33,001 bases of DNA from Candidatus Omnitrophota bacterium. GTDB lineage: Bacteria; Omnitrophota; Gorgyraeia; Gygaellales; Profunditerraquicolaceae. The notes under the pieces are model-generated. The model was not told the DNA's origin. It searched no databases and worked only from the letters and a program-made list of their open reading frames with translations. This document shows, in pieces, positions 9,256 through 19,600 of the stretch; position 1 is the stretch's first letter, and each line of letters opens with the position of its first letter. The stretch lies in assembly GCA_903882345.1 (NCBI GenBank), contig CAIRWO010000149.1, forward strand, positions 1-33,001, read 5' to 3'. The position numbers and the translations under genes were made by a program.

Positions 9256-10506
9256 ATTAGTCATCGAAGGGGGAAAGAGTTTAAGGGGAGAGGTTACGGT
9301 CTCTGGAGCAAAAAATGCCGTGCTTCCCATACTGGCAGCCACGCTTTTGACCGAAGAGCCTTGTGTGATCAAAGGCGTGCCCAATTTACGCGATACGAAT
9401 ACGATGTTAAAAATTTTGCGTTCCTTAGGTAAAAACGCGGAGTTTGACAAGGGCACGGTAAGAGTCACGCAGGCAAAAGAAACGAATTTTGTTGCCGATT
9501 ACAAACTGGTTTCTACGATGCGCGCATCGTTTTGCGTGCTCGGGCCGCTTCTGGGTAAGCTTAAGAAAGCAAAGGTTTCCCTGCCCGGAGGCTGTGTAAT
9601 CGGCGTCCGCCCGGTTGACCTGCATCTTAAGGGGTTCAAGGCATTGGGCACAGAGATAACTATCGAAGGCGGCTATGTTAACGCTGTGGCAAAAAACCTC
9701 AAAGGAAATAGAATGTATCTTGGCGGGGCATATGGCTCGTCCGTGCTTGCTACGGATAACGTAATGATGGCGGCAGTTTTAGCAAAAGGTAAGACGATTA
9801 TTGAATCCGCAGCCTGCGAGCCGGAAGTGGTGGACTTGGCAGAATTTCTCATCAAGATGGGGGCAAAGATCAAAGGCTACGGCACGCCGATCATAGAAAT
9901 CGAAGGAGTAAAATATCTCCACGGAGCAGAACACAGGATAATACCCGACAGGATAGAGGCAGGCACGTTTATCATTGCCGCTCTGATTACGCGCGGCGAC
10001 ATTACCATAAAAAATGTGATGTTCCAGCATCTGGGCGCTTTAATCGATAAGCTTGAAGAAGCCGGCGCGCATATCTCCAGGACCGACGGTTCCATGCGCG
10101 TGCGTTCCCGCAAGCGGCTTACCCCGATAAACATCACAACACTTCCTTATCCGGGCTTTCCTACGGACATACAGGCTCAGATCATGAGCTTGATGACGGT
10201 TACGCCCGGCATCAGCGTAATCACCGAGAAGATTTATCCTGACCGGTTCATGCATGTAGCGGAACTTAATCGTATGGGCGCCCATATTCAACGGGAAGGC
10301 CCGCATGCGATCGTCGAAGGGATAAAGCATCTTTCAGGAGCTCCGGTTATGGCATCTGACCTTAGGGCCTCCGCAGGCCTGGTCCTGGCAGGCCTGGCAG
10401 CAAAAGGACTGACCTCGGTTTCCAGGATTTACCATCTTGAACGGGGTTATGAAAATATGGAAATGAAGCTGCAGGCGCTGGGGGCGAAGATCTGGAGGGA
10501 AAAAGA

Positions 10507-10510
<4 letters not shown>
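9248..10510 (+). CDS. murA: UDP-N-acetylglucosamine 1-carboxyvinyltransferase
   Basis: The product starts (GTG) [24 protein letters not shown]. The active-site Cys lies in the context [15 protein letters not shown]. Confidence 0.95.
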
Positions 10511-11066
<556 letters not shown>

Positions 11067-11070
<4 letters not shown>

Positions 11071-12077
11071 TCAAAGAAGCAACCGGAATTTTATCTTCCG
11101 GCAGTGACATTACTGCCGGTCAAATGGGCGCGGTAATGGAGGAGATCCTGCGGGGCGAGGCAACAACTCCCCAGATCGTTTCTTTTTTGACCGCGTTGAG
11201 CGCAAAAGGCGAAACCGTCGAGGAGTTGACTTCCGCGGTAACGGTAATGCGCACGCACGTCACGCGGATCAATAGCTGCGATACGGCTGTCCTGGATACC
11301 TGCGGCACAGGAGGGGATGTCAAAGGCAGCTTTAACATTTCTACGGCAGCGGCATTTGTCGCTTCAGGCGCCGGTATTACTGTTGCCAAGCACGGCAACC
11401 GCTCGGTATCAAGCTGCTGCGGAAGCGCGGATATCCTTGAGGCATTGGGTATAAAAATAGACCTGCCTTCGGAAAAAATCGAAGAGGCCTTAGAGGCAAT
11501 CGGGATCGCTTTTTTATTCGCGCCTAACCTGCACCCGGCAATGAAATACGCTGCGGCTGCCCGCAAAGAGATCGGCAAGCGGACAATGTTTAATATTCTT
11601 GGGCCGCTTACTAATCCCGCCGGCGCAACGCATCAGTTGATAGGCGTTTATGACCAGCGCTGGGTAGAGATCATGGCCAACGTCTTAGGTAATCTTGGGA
11701 CTATGCACGCTTTAGTCGTGCACGGAGAAGACGGACTGGATGAAATAACTACCACAGCGCCTACTTTTATTGCCGAAACCCGCGCTGACAAAGTAAAGGC
11801 CTATAGGCTAACTCCTGAGGAATTCGGAATCAAACGGGCGAAGCCGGATGATCTAAAAGGCGGCAACGCTTCAGAAAACGCAAAAATCCTGCTGAATATT
11901 TTAAACGGGAAAAGCGGCCCAGGGCGGGATATCGTAGTATTGAACGCCGCAGCAGCGATATACGCAGCGGATAAGGCAGGTTCGATCAAAGAAGGTATGG
12001 GTCTGGCGGAAAAATCCATCGACAGCAAAAAGGCCCTGGAAAAATTACTCCGCTTGAAAGAATTTACCAATAAATGA
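11067..12077 (+). CDS. trpD: Anthranilate phosphoribosyltransferase
   Basis: The motifs [15 protein letters not shown] and KHGNRSVSS are present. Confidence 0.9.
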
Positions 12078-12865
12078 AAAAGACCGATGCGTTAAAAGAG
12101 ATTATCGCTAAAAAGAAAGAACGGCTTGTTCTGGCAAAGCAAGGCTTGCCTGAAGAAGAGCTAAAGGCGAAAACCTTAGGGCTGCCGGCAGTAAAGCCGT
12201 TTATCGAGGCGATAAATAAGCCGCGGGTAATTTCCCTGATTGCCGAGGTCAAAAAGGCCTCGCCATCTAAAGGCGTGATCCGGGAGAATTTTAATCTTCA
12301 GGAAATTGCTGCTGCCTACAAAGAAGCCGGGGTACAGGCGATCTCTGTATTGACGGAAGAAGATTATTTCCTAGGTTCTGTCAACTATATAGCCGAGGTA
12401 AAGGCCGCGGCAGACCTGCCTGTATTAAGGAAAGATTTTATCTTTGAGCCTTACCAGGTTTACGAATCGCGTTTTTTTGGAGCTGACGCGATACTTTTGA
12501 TCGCTGATCTGCTTACAAAAGATAAATTGGTTGAGCTGATGGAGCTTGCAGCCAACTTAGGATTGGATTATCTTATCGAAGTGCACACAGAAAAAGAGTT
12601 AAAGAAGGTACTTACCTTAAAAAACGTGCCTTTGATCGGGATAAATAACCGTGATCTGCATACGCTGGAAGTGGATTCTAAGACAACGGAAAAACTTTTT
12701 ACCCTTATTCCCCGCGATAAAGTGGTGGTTGTGGAAAGCGGTATCAAGACATACCAGGACATGCTATTTTTGAAGGTGCTGGGCGTAAATGCGGTTTTGA
12801 TCGGCGAGGCATTTATGGCGAGTTCCGACATCCGTAAAAAAATCGAAGAGGTTATGGGTTGGTAA
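12074..12865 (+). CDS. trpC: Indole-3-glycerol phosphate synthase
   Basis: IAEVKKASPSKG, ISVLTEEDYFLGS and INNRDL are present. Confidence 0.9.
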   Translation: MKKTDALKEIIAKKKERLVLAKQGLPEEELKAKTLGLPAVKPFIEAINKPRVISLIAEVKKASPSKGVIRENFNLQEIAAAYKEAGVQAISVLTEEDYFLGSVNYIAEVKAAADLPVLRKDFIFEPYQVYESRFFGADAILLIADLLTKDKLVELMELAANLGLDYLIEVHTEKELKKVLTLKNVPLIGINNRDLHTLEVDSKTTEKLFTLIPRDKVVVVESGIKTYQDMLFLKVLGVNAVLIGEAFMASSDIRKKIEEVMGW

Positions 12866-12869
12866 TGGA

Positions 12870-13511
12870 ATGGCAAAAGTAAAAATATGCGGCATAACCA
12901 ATTCAGAAGATGCGTTGTTTTCAGCAGGATCCGGCTGCGATGCGCTGGGTTTTGTTTTTTATAAAAAGAGCCCCCGTTATATCCCCCCTGAAAAAGCCGC
13001 ACAAATAATCAAAGGATTACCTGCGGAGCTGATCAAGATCGGCGTATTCGTCAATTCCCGGGAAAAGACTATAAGACGGATCGCGCAATTGTGCGGGCTT
13101 GATACCTTACAGTTTCACGGCTCAGAATCTCCGGAATTCTGCCGCAGGTTCAAAGACAAAAAAATTATCAAGGCGTTCAGGGTAAAAGATAGATCGAGCC
13201 TGAAAAGTATCTTAAAATACAAAGTCTTTGCTTTCCTTTTTGACACTTTTAGCCGATCCCGCATCGGCGGCACGGGGAAAAAATTTAATTGGGAACTGGT
13301 TAGGCACATTGACGGCATAACGCGGCCGATATTCTTATCCGGCGGCTTAAATGAAAAAAATGTCAGAGGCGCGATCAAGGCGGTGCATCCGGATTGGGTT
13401 GACGCGTCCAGCTCTCTGGAGGTTTCTCCCGGCAGGAAAGACCAGAATAAAGTAAAAAAGTTTATCGTCGCCGCGAAGAAAGGTAAGAGCAAGAGGACCG
13501 TTTCCTTATAA
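12870..13511 (+). CDS. trpF: Phosphoribosylanthranilate isomerase
   Basis: KVKICGIT, LGFVFYKKSPRYI and LSGGL are present. The last six sense codons plus the stop lie within the left arm of the 19-bp inverted repeat. Confidence 0.85.
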   Translation: MAKVKICGITNSEDALFSAGSGCDALGFVFYKKSPRYIPPEKAAQIIKGLPAELIKIGVFVNSREKTIRRIAQLCGLDTLQFHGSESPEFCRRFKDKKIIKAFRVKDRSSLKSILKYKVFAFLFDTFSRSRIGGTGKKFNWELVRHIDGITRPIFLSGGLNEKNVRGAIKAVHPDWVDASSSLEVSPGRKDQNKVKKFIVAAKKGKSKRTVSL

Positions 13512-13660
13512 CTGTATACGTAGTAATGAGTTTTGTAGGAACTGTCCCTGGGGGACATTTCTAAAATAATCTTTTTATGTTAGTAGAGTAACTTAATAGG
13601 GAGGGGGGACAGTTCCATAGGAACTTATTGTTATTTAATGGGTTATAAGGAAACGGTCCT
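13494..13660. repeat. Perfect 19-bp inverted repeats (AGGACCGTTTCCTTATAAC at 13494-13512, its complement at 13642-13660) enclosing a 129-nt AT-rich core with nested inverted repeats
   Basis: I read this directly from the sequence. The nested 11-bp pair is GGAACTGTCCC (13538-13548) and GGGACAGTTCC (13606-13616). Competing local hairpins are TGTCCC-TGG-GGGACA and GTTCC-ATA-GGAAC. Confidence 0.7.
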
Positions 13661-13666
13661 GGAGTT

Positions 13667-14290
13667 ATGTTATTAGACTTAAGGATAAAACTCGACAATG
13701 CGATTACTTACGGCAGCCAAAGGCAGGCGCTTGGACTGGCGAAGCGGTTTTTGCAAGAGGCAATAAAAAAGGATCTGCCTGGAGAAATCGAATATTTCAA
13801 GGGGCAGGTAGAGATGCTTAAAGGCAACCTGGTCAGCGCCATCGAGCACTTTGACGCGGCAATAAAGCATGATCCCAAAGACGGCGCCGCCTATAACGAC
13901 CGGGCGTTGTGCATGGTGGAATTGGGGATCATTGATCAGGCGTTTTTATATTTTGACAAGGGCATTGAGGTTGAGCCGGATTATGCTACAATTTATCATA
14001 ATAAAGGCTGGCTCCTGAATAATATCGGCAGGCACAGCGAAGCGATAGGTTATTTTAAAAAGGCGCTTAAGTTCGAGCCGGGCCGGGCAGTAACTTACGA
14101 TAATCTTGCTGACGCTTATTTTAATCTTTTGGATTACGCCAATGCATTGGAGGCTTATCAACAGGTGCTCAAATTATTAAAGCCCGGCTCCTGCCGTGGC
14201 ATCAGGGGAGAAATAAGGAAAAAAATCAAACTCATCGAAAAAAAATCAAACCATAAAATACGGAGCAGGAATGCGCATAAGAACGATTGA
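13667..14290 (+). CDS. TPR-repeat protein (cytoplasmic; no signal peptide seen)
   Basis: It has repeated 34-aa TPR-like units (AAYNDRALCMVELG, TIYHNKGWLLNNIGRHSEAIGYFKKALKFEP, VTYDNLADAYFNL). Confidence 0.7.
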   Translation: MLLDLRIKLDNAITYGSQRQALGLAKRFLQEAIKKDLPGEIEYFKGQVEMLKGNLVSAIEHFDAAIKHDPKDGAAYNDRALCMVELGIIDQAFLYFDKGIEVEPDYATIYHNKGWLLNNIGRHSEAIGYFKKALKFEPGRAVTYDNLADAYFNLLDYANALEAYQQVLKLLKPGSCRGIRGEIRKKIKLIEKKSNHKIRSRNAHKND

Positions 14291-15314
14291 GTGGGTGGAA
14301 GATGCGATCAAGATCATTGACCAGACAAAGCTTCCCGGCAAACTGGAATATCTTTATATCAGGAATTTAAAGGCGCTTTGGCAGGCGATCAAAGAACTGA
14401 AAGTGCGCGGCGCTCCGGCATTGGGCGCGGCAGCTGGATTAGGGGTTTACCTTGGCCTAAAGGATTATAAAGCCGGCAACTTCCCAGAATTTAAAGCAGG
14501 CTTAGACAGGGTAATTTCTTATCTTGGCACTTCCCGGCCCACGGCAAGAAATCTGTTCTGGGGTTTAGAAAGGATGCGTTGGGTTGCCGAAGAGAATAAG
14601 GATAAATCTGTGCCTTGTATAAAAGAAATACTCCTTAAGGAGGCAAAGAAGATCATCGAGGAAGACCGTGCCTCCTGCCGCAGGATCGGTTATTACGGCG
14701 CGCAATTATTTAAAAATAAAGACGCTGTTTTAACGGTTTGTAATGCCGGGATACTGGCGACGATCGATTACGGCACTGCCTTGGGGGTTATTTACCGGGC
14801 CCAGGAAGAGGGTAAAAGATTAACGGTATTTGCCTGCGAGACAAGGCCGCTCTTACAGGGCGCGCGTTTGACTGCCTGGGAGTTGAACAAAAAGGGAGTT
14901 GATGTAACGCTAATTTCCGATAATATGGCTGCGACTTTAATGGCGCAAGGCAGGATCAAAAAGGTAATCGCCGGCGCAGACAGGATCGTTGCAAACGGCG
15001 ATACCGCCAATAAAATCGGCACTTATAACCTGGCAGTGCTAAGCCGGTATCACAAGATCCCTTTTTATATTGCCGCACCCGCCTCTACCTTTGACCTGAC
15101 GCTCAAAAGCGGCAGGGATATCCCAATTGAACAGCGGCAAGCACGGGAGATAACTGAGTTACTTTTTAAAAAACCCATCGCCCCTAAAGGCATAAAAGTA
15201 TATAACCCGGCATTTGACGTTACGCCGGCCGTATTGATCACCGCGATCATCACTGATAAAGGCGTTATCCGTCCGCCTTATAAAATCAACATTAAAAAGA
15301 CATTGGGAAGATAA
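14271..15314 (+). CDS. mtnA: S-methyl-5-thioribose-1-phosphate isomerase (eIF-2B alpha/beta/delta family)
   Basis: IIDQTKLP, RGAPALG, TRPLLQGARLTAWEL and GADRIVANGDTANKIGTY are present. Confidence 0.85.
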   Translation: MRIRTIEWVEDAIKIIDQTKLPGKLEYLYIRNLKALWQAIKELKVRGAPALGAAAGLGVYLGLKDYKAGNFPEFKAGLDRVISYLGTSRPTARNLFWGLERMRWVAEENKDKSVPCIKEILLKEAKKIIEEDRASCRRIGYYGAQLFKNKDAVLTVCNAGILATIDYGTALGVIYRAQEEGKRLTVFACETRPLLQGARLTAWELNKKGVDVTLISDNMAATLMAQGRIKKVIAGADRIVANGDTANKIGTYNLAVLSRYHKIPFYIAAPASTFDLTLKSGRDIPIEQRQAREITELLFKKPIAPKGIKVYNPAFDVTPAVLITAIITDKGVIRPPYKINIKKTLGR

Positions 15315-15316
15315 GC

Positions 15317-16216
15317 ATGCTTGTCGATAAAATAGGCGAATTCGGCTTGATCGAGAGGTTCCGTAAAGCGATAAAGACAGACGCGTCGGTAGTAAAGGCT
15401 AGCGGCGATGATTGCGCGGTATTAAAACCCGTGAAGGATAAATACCAGCTTTTTACCTGCGATATGATTGTCGAGGGAGTGGACTTTACCCTTAAGGATA
15501 ATCCTTGTCTTGTCGGCAGGAAGGCACTGGCAGTGTCGATAAGCGATATCGCTGCCTGCGGTGGCACTCCGTCCCATGCGGTAGTTTCATTCGGCATACC
15601 CAAAAATACAAGCGTCAGCTATATTGACAGGGTTGCCAAGGGCCTGTTTTCTCTTGCCAGGGAATTCAAGGTCAATATTGTGGGCGGAGATATCAGTGTT
15701 GCGCCAAAAGTGGTTATTGACACCAGCCTTTTGGGCGTCGTAGAAAAAGATTGCCTTGTTTTAAGAAACGGGGCCAAGGCAGGCGATATCATCTTTGTTA
15801 CCGGACAACTCGGAGGTTCGATAACCGGAAAACATTTGAAGTTTACGCCGCGCATTAAGGAAGCGCGCTATCTGGTAAAGCATTTAAAAATCAATGCGAT
15901 GATCGATATCTCCGACGGCTTACTTGCGGATTTAGGCCATATATTGCAGGAAAGCAGGGCCGGTGCGGTGATCTATGAAGCCATGCTTCCTGTAAGCAGG
16001 CAGGCGAAAGGATTAAACGACGCGCTTTATAGCGGTGAGGATTTTGAGCTGCTTTTTACGCTCTCACCCCTGGAAGCGAAAAAACTGTTGAAAAAAGAAC
16101 TCCTGCGTTTTTATAAGCCGATCGGCAAGATCGTAGAAAAAAGATCCGGCCTGAAACTGATTGGCAGGGACAACCGGGAAAGAAATGTCCGGCCAAAAGG
16201 TTACCAACATTTTTGA
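15317..16216 (+). CDS. thiL: Thiamine-monophosphate kinase
   Basis: The N-terminus has GEFGLIERF, GDDCAVL and TCDMIVEGVDF, as expected for the AIR-synthase-related fold of ThiL. Confidence 0.85.
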   Translation: MLVDKIGEFGLIERFRKAIKTDASVVKASGDDCAVLKPVKDKYQLFTCDMIVEGVDFTLKDNPCLVGRKALAVSISDIAACGGTPSHAVVSFGIPKNTSVSYIDRVAKGLFSLAREFKVNIVGGDISVAPKVVIDTSLLGVVEKDCLVLRNGAKAGDIIFVTGQLGGSITGKHLKFTPRIKEARYLVKHLKINAMIDISDGLLADLGHILQESRAGAVIYEAMLPVSRQAKGLNDALYSGEDFELLFTLSPLEAKKLLKKELLRFYKPIGKIVEKRSGLKLIGRDNRERNVRPKGYQHF

Positions 16217-16231
16217 ACCGACATCGGCAAT

Positions 16232-16705
16232 ATGAAACTTCTCTCAAAGTCAATTAAAGAAACTTTTGGCATCGGTGAAAAGATTGCCAAAAATCTGGGT
16301 AAAGGCGACATCGTCTGCCTATTCGGGGACCTTGGTTCAGGTAAGACCGTAATTACTAAGGGCATTGCCGCGGGGCTGGGGATCAAAAAAAACAAGGTGG
16401 TTAGCCCGACCTTTGTTTTGATCCGTCAACATCGGACAAAAAATAATATGCCATTTTACCATTTTGATCTTTACCGCCTTAGAGATTGTCAAGACGTGGC
16501 AGGTTTGGGTTATGAAGAATTTTTTTACGGCGGCGGCATCAGCATAATCGAATGGGCAGACCGGCTAAAGCAATTTATGCCGCAGGAATGTCTGAAAATA
16601 AAACTTAGCGTTAAAGGAAAAACATCGCGGCTCGTGGAGATTTCCTATCGCGGTAACCGAGGTCGGAGATTAATGGAGGATATCCGTGAAAATATTCGGC
16701 ATTGA
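16232..16705 (+). CDS. tsaE: tRNA t6A37 biosynthesis ATPase TsaE
   Basis: It has the P-loop GDLGSGKT, then SPTF, HFDLYRL and EW, in the YjeE family pattern. Confidence 0.85.
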   Translation: MKLLSKSIKETFGIGEKIAKNLGKGDIVCLFGDLGSGKTVITKGIAAGLGIKKNKVVSPTFVLIRQHRTKNNMPFYHFDLYRLRDCQDVAGLGYEEFFYGGGISIIEWADRLKQFMPQECLKIKLSVKGKTSRLVEISYRGNRGRRLMEDIRENIRH

Positions 16706-17357
16706 TACAACCAGCACTTTTTTATGCATAGGTATTTATGATAACGGCAGGGTCTATGAATACAATCTGCAACTCGGCAGGAAACATTCCGTGCTGATTA
16801 TGGTAACGGTTAAAAGGATACTGGCTGCGCTTTCCTGGCAGGCTAAAGAGATCGATTATTTTGCCTGCGGCAGCGGCCCGGGTTCTTTTACAGGAGTGCG
16901 TATAGGTGTAGCGGCAATAAAAGGCCTTGCCTGGAGCCTGAAGAAGCCGGTAATAAGTATATCTTCGCTGGATATCCTTGCGGAGAATGCCGATTGTGAC
17001 GGTATGATCGTGCCTGCTGTCGACGCGAAAAGGAACCTTATTTACGCAAGTATTTACCGGAATAAAAATAACAGCCTTAAGAGGGTTGCGCCTTATATGC
17101 TGCTTTCTACGGACGATTTTATAAAAAAAATAAAACCGGGCAGCATTATCTTCGGTGATGCCTTGTCTCTATATAAAGAGGAAATTTCAAAGCACCTAAA
17201 AGGGGCGCGCTTTCTGGATAAAGATTACTGGAGGTTACGCGGCGGCAATATCATCAAGCCGGCGCTGGAAAAGATCAAGCAAGGCAGGCTTAATACTGCT
17301 TTTGACATTGAACCGATCTATCTTTATCCCAAGGAATGCCAGATCAGCAAAAAGTAA
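16686..17357 (+). CDS. tsaB: tRNA t6A37 biosynthesis protein TsaB (YeaZ)
   Basis: It has a GTG start, GIDTTS and GPGSFTGVRIG. It lies next to tsaE. Confidence 0.8.
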   Translation: MKIFGIDTTSTFLCIGIYDNGRVYEYNLQLGRKHSVLIMVTVKRILAALSWQAKEIDYFACGSGPGSFTGVRIGVAAIKGLAWSLKKPVISISSLDILAENADCDGMIVPAVDAKRNLIYASIYRNKNNSLKRVAPYMLLSTDDFIKKIKPGSIIFGDALSLYKEEISKHLKGARFLDKDYWRLRGGNIIKPALEKIKQGRLNTAFDIEPIYLYPKECQISKK

Positions 17358-17366
17358 AAAGTTAAT

Positions 17367-18503
17367 ATGGATAAAAATAAGCACATAGGCTACCGGCCGA
17401 CCTGGGCGGAAATTAATCTGAGTAGTATTGATTATAACTTTACGCAGGTGAGGAAAATAATTTCTCCCCGGGTAAAGATAATGGTTACCGTAAAGGCGGA
17501 TGCCTACGGGCACGGATTGATCCCCGTGGCAAAGAGGTTATCTTGTTGCGGCGCGGATTATCTGGGCGTTGCCTCCATTGACGAAGGGATAAAGTTAAGA
17601 AACGCGGGGCTCAAGCTTCCTATTCTGGTATTGGGGGTTGTCCTTAAAAAGGACATCGAGCCTTTGTTCAAATACAACCTTACGGCCACCGTGTGCACGC
17701 GGGAACTCGCCGCTAGCTTAAACCGGCGGGCGGCTCAATTAGGTAAACCGGCCAATGTCCATATTAAGGTCGATACGGGAATGGGCAGGATCGGGGTCTT
17801 GCATGAAGATGCCGGATCGATCGTTAAGGATATCCGGCGGTTTAAATTTATAAATATCGAAGGGATCTTTACGCATTTCGCCTTTGCAGACATGGATAAG
17901 GCGTTTACCCTGTATCAGATAAACCTCTTTGACCGGCTGATCGCCGGCTTAAAAAAAGAGGGGATACATATACCTTTAGTCCACGCGGCAAACAGCGCCG
18001 GCATGATTAATTATAAAAGCGGGCATTTTAACATGGTCAGGCCCGGCTTGGTAATCTACGGCCTCTATCCTGCAAAAAAAGTTCACCCCAACGGGGTGAA
18101 TATCCGGCTGAAACCCGTTTTAAGCCTTAAGTCCAGAGTGGTATATGTAAAAAGGGTGCCTAAGGCCTACGGCATAAGTTACGGCCATATCTATTTTACC
18201 AAAAAAAATACCACGATCATTACCCTGCCGATCGGTTACGGCGACGGCTATCCGCGCAACCTTTCTAACCTAGCGCCGGTCTTGATCAGAGGCAGGCGGT
18301 TCAAAATAAGCGGAAGAGTGTGCATGGACCAGATGATGGCGGATGTAGGAAATGCGCAGGTTAAGACAGGAGACGAGGCGGTGTTGATCGGCAGCCAGGG
18401 TAATCAGCGCATTACTACGGAAGAGCTTGCAGGTTTGTCAGGGACTATCCCCTATGAAATTGTCTGCGGGTTGGGCAGCCGTATCCCGCGCGTATATATT
18501 TAA
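17367..18503 (+). CDS. alr: Alanine racemase
   Basis: It has the PLP-lysine motif VKADAYGHG. The C-terminal domain has YGDGYPR and VCMDQ. Confidence 0.9.
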   Translation: MDKNKHIGYRPTWAEINLSSIDYNFTQVRKIISPRVKIMVTVKADAYGHGLIPVAKRLSCCGADYLGVASIDEGIKLRNAGLKLPILVLGVVLKKDIEPLFKYNLTATVCTRELAASLNRRAAQLGKPANVHIKVDTGMGRIGVLHEDAGSIVKDIRRFKFINIEGIFTHFAFADMDKAFTLYQINLFDRLIAGLKKEGIHIPLVHAANSAGMINYKSGHFNMVRPGLVIYGLYPAKKVHPNGVNIRLKPVLSLKSRVVYVKRVPKAYGISYGHIYFTKKNTTIITLPIGYGDGYPRNLSNLAPVLIRGRRFKISGRVCMDQMMADVGNAQVKTGDEAVLIGSQGNQRITTEELAGLSGTIPYEIVCGLGSRIPRVYI

Positions 18504-19600
18504 GGCAGGGTGAAGATCATATAGAGGCTGAACGACAGGGCGATGATGTGGCTCAGCGATGCCGCCAGAAACGGCATCAACACTTCGCCTTTACCCAGGG
18601 CGATGCTCATAGCATTCAAGACATAATAGAGGAACGCAAGGATAATCGAAATCCCCAAAGAGGAAACCCCCGTCGCGCGCTTGCGCATCTTAAACGAAAA
18701 AGGAATCCCCAAGAGAACGATAATCAGGCTCAATAGCGGCGCAGTGTATCTTTGGTAAAGGTCTACTTTTAACCTCTTTACTACATTTATTGCCCCGCTT
18801 TTGGATAATTTCCAGAGATAATCATTGAGTTGGGAGATGGTCATAATTTCCGGGCTCTGCCGTTGGGCAAGGAATTCTTCCGGGCCCTCAGGGATCGGCA
18901 CCAGCTCTTCGTCAGAATAGCGCGGCTCGTATTTTACCTGCCCGTTTATATCAAAATCATAGGTAATCGTCTGATAAAAAGTCCAGCCCTTACTGGAGTA
19001 AACTCCTTTGTTGGCCACGATTTTTCTAGTGATATTCTGATTTTCATCCTGCTCCAGGATAATGATGCCTTCCATGGTATTGATGCTAGGTGAGAATTTA
19101 TTCACAAAGAAAAGCCGGTTCCTCAGGCCGTACATGGAAAGGTTGGTTATCGTTTCCTTTTCTTTCTCCTGCCCCTTTTTGGGCCTGGTGTCCATCTGGT
19201 ATTTTATTTTTTGATTAAGCACAAGGGCGTGGGGGACAAACCTGTCGTTTACCCAAAAGACAACCATGCTGATCATAAACCCGAAGATGATTATGGTTTT
19301 GGTGATATCGAATATATTTAATCCTGATGAGCGCATGGCGATAATTTCGTTGTCGCGGTTTAAGCGGGCAAAGGTATATAATGTCGCCAAGAGGCAGCAG
19401 AAGGGCGCAACCTGAACGAAGATTACCGGCATATAGATTATGTAATAGCGGACTAAAGTATTTATGCCGACGTGCTGCTTTAGTATGTCTTCCAAATAGG
19501 AAAATATATCGATAATGATATACAAGGAAAGAAAGATAGAGAGGCAGAGAGAAAAGATACTTAGGACGGATTTAAATATGTAGCGGTCTAAGATACGCAT
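18500..19600 (-). CDS. lptG: LPS export ABC permease LptG (YjgP/YjgQ family)
   Basis: MRILDRYIFKSVL matches the LptG-type N-terminus. The product has six TM segments and a central periplasmic domain. I prefer the ATG at 19600 over the track start at 19654, which runs into lptF. Confidence 0.75.
   Translation of the reverse strand: MRILDRYIFKSVLSIFSLCLSIFLSLYIIIDIFSYLEDILKQHVGINTLVRYYIIYMPVIFVQVAPFCCLLATLYTFARLNRDNEIIAMRSSGLNIFDITKTIIIFGFMISMVVFWVNDRFVPHALVLNQKIKYQMDTRPKKGQEKEKETITNLSMYGLRNRLFFVNKFSPSINTMEGIIILEQDENQNITRKIVANKGVYSSKGWTFYQTITYDFDINGQVKYEPRYSDEELVPIPEGPEEFLAQRQSPEIMTISQLNDYLWKLSKSGAINVVKRLKVDLYQRYTAPLLSLIIVLLGIPFSFKMRKRATGVSSLGISIILAFLYYVLNAMSIALGKGEVLMPFLAASLSHIIALSFSLYMIFTLP

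Noticed and set aside
13526-13564. A 12-codon mini-ORF (MSFVGTVPGGHF) inside the inverted-repeat region, as a possible leader peptide
   Set aside because: It has no SD and no regulatory codon run such as Trp codons. It lies downstream of the trp genes, not upstream. It is probably fortuitous.
18083-18099. Perfect 7-bp hairpin TCACCCC-AAC-GGGGTGA inside alr, superficially like hairpin 1 of the repeat family
   Set aside because: It lacks the conserved loop, the bulge, the second hairpin and AAGGA. It lies in a conserved coding region, so a chance palindrome is most likely.
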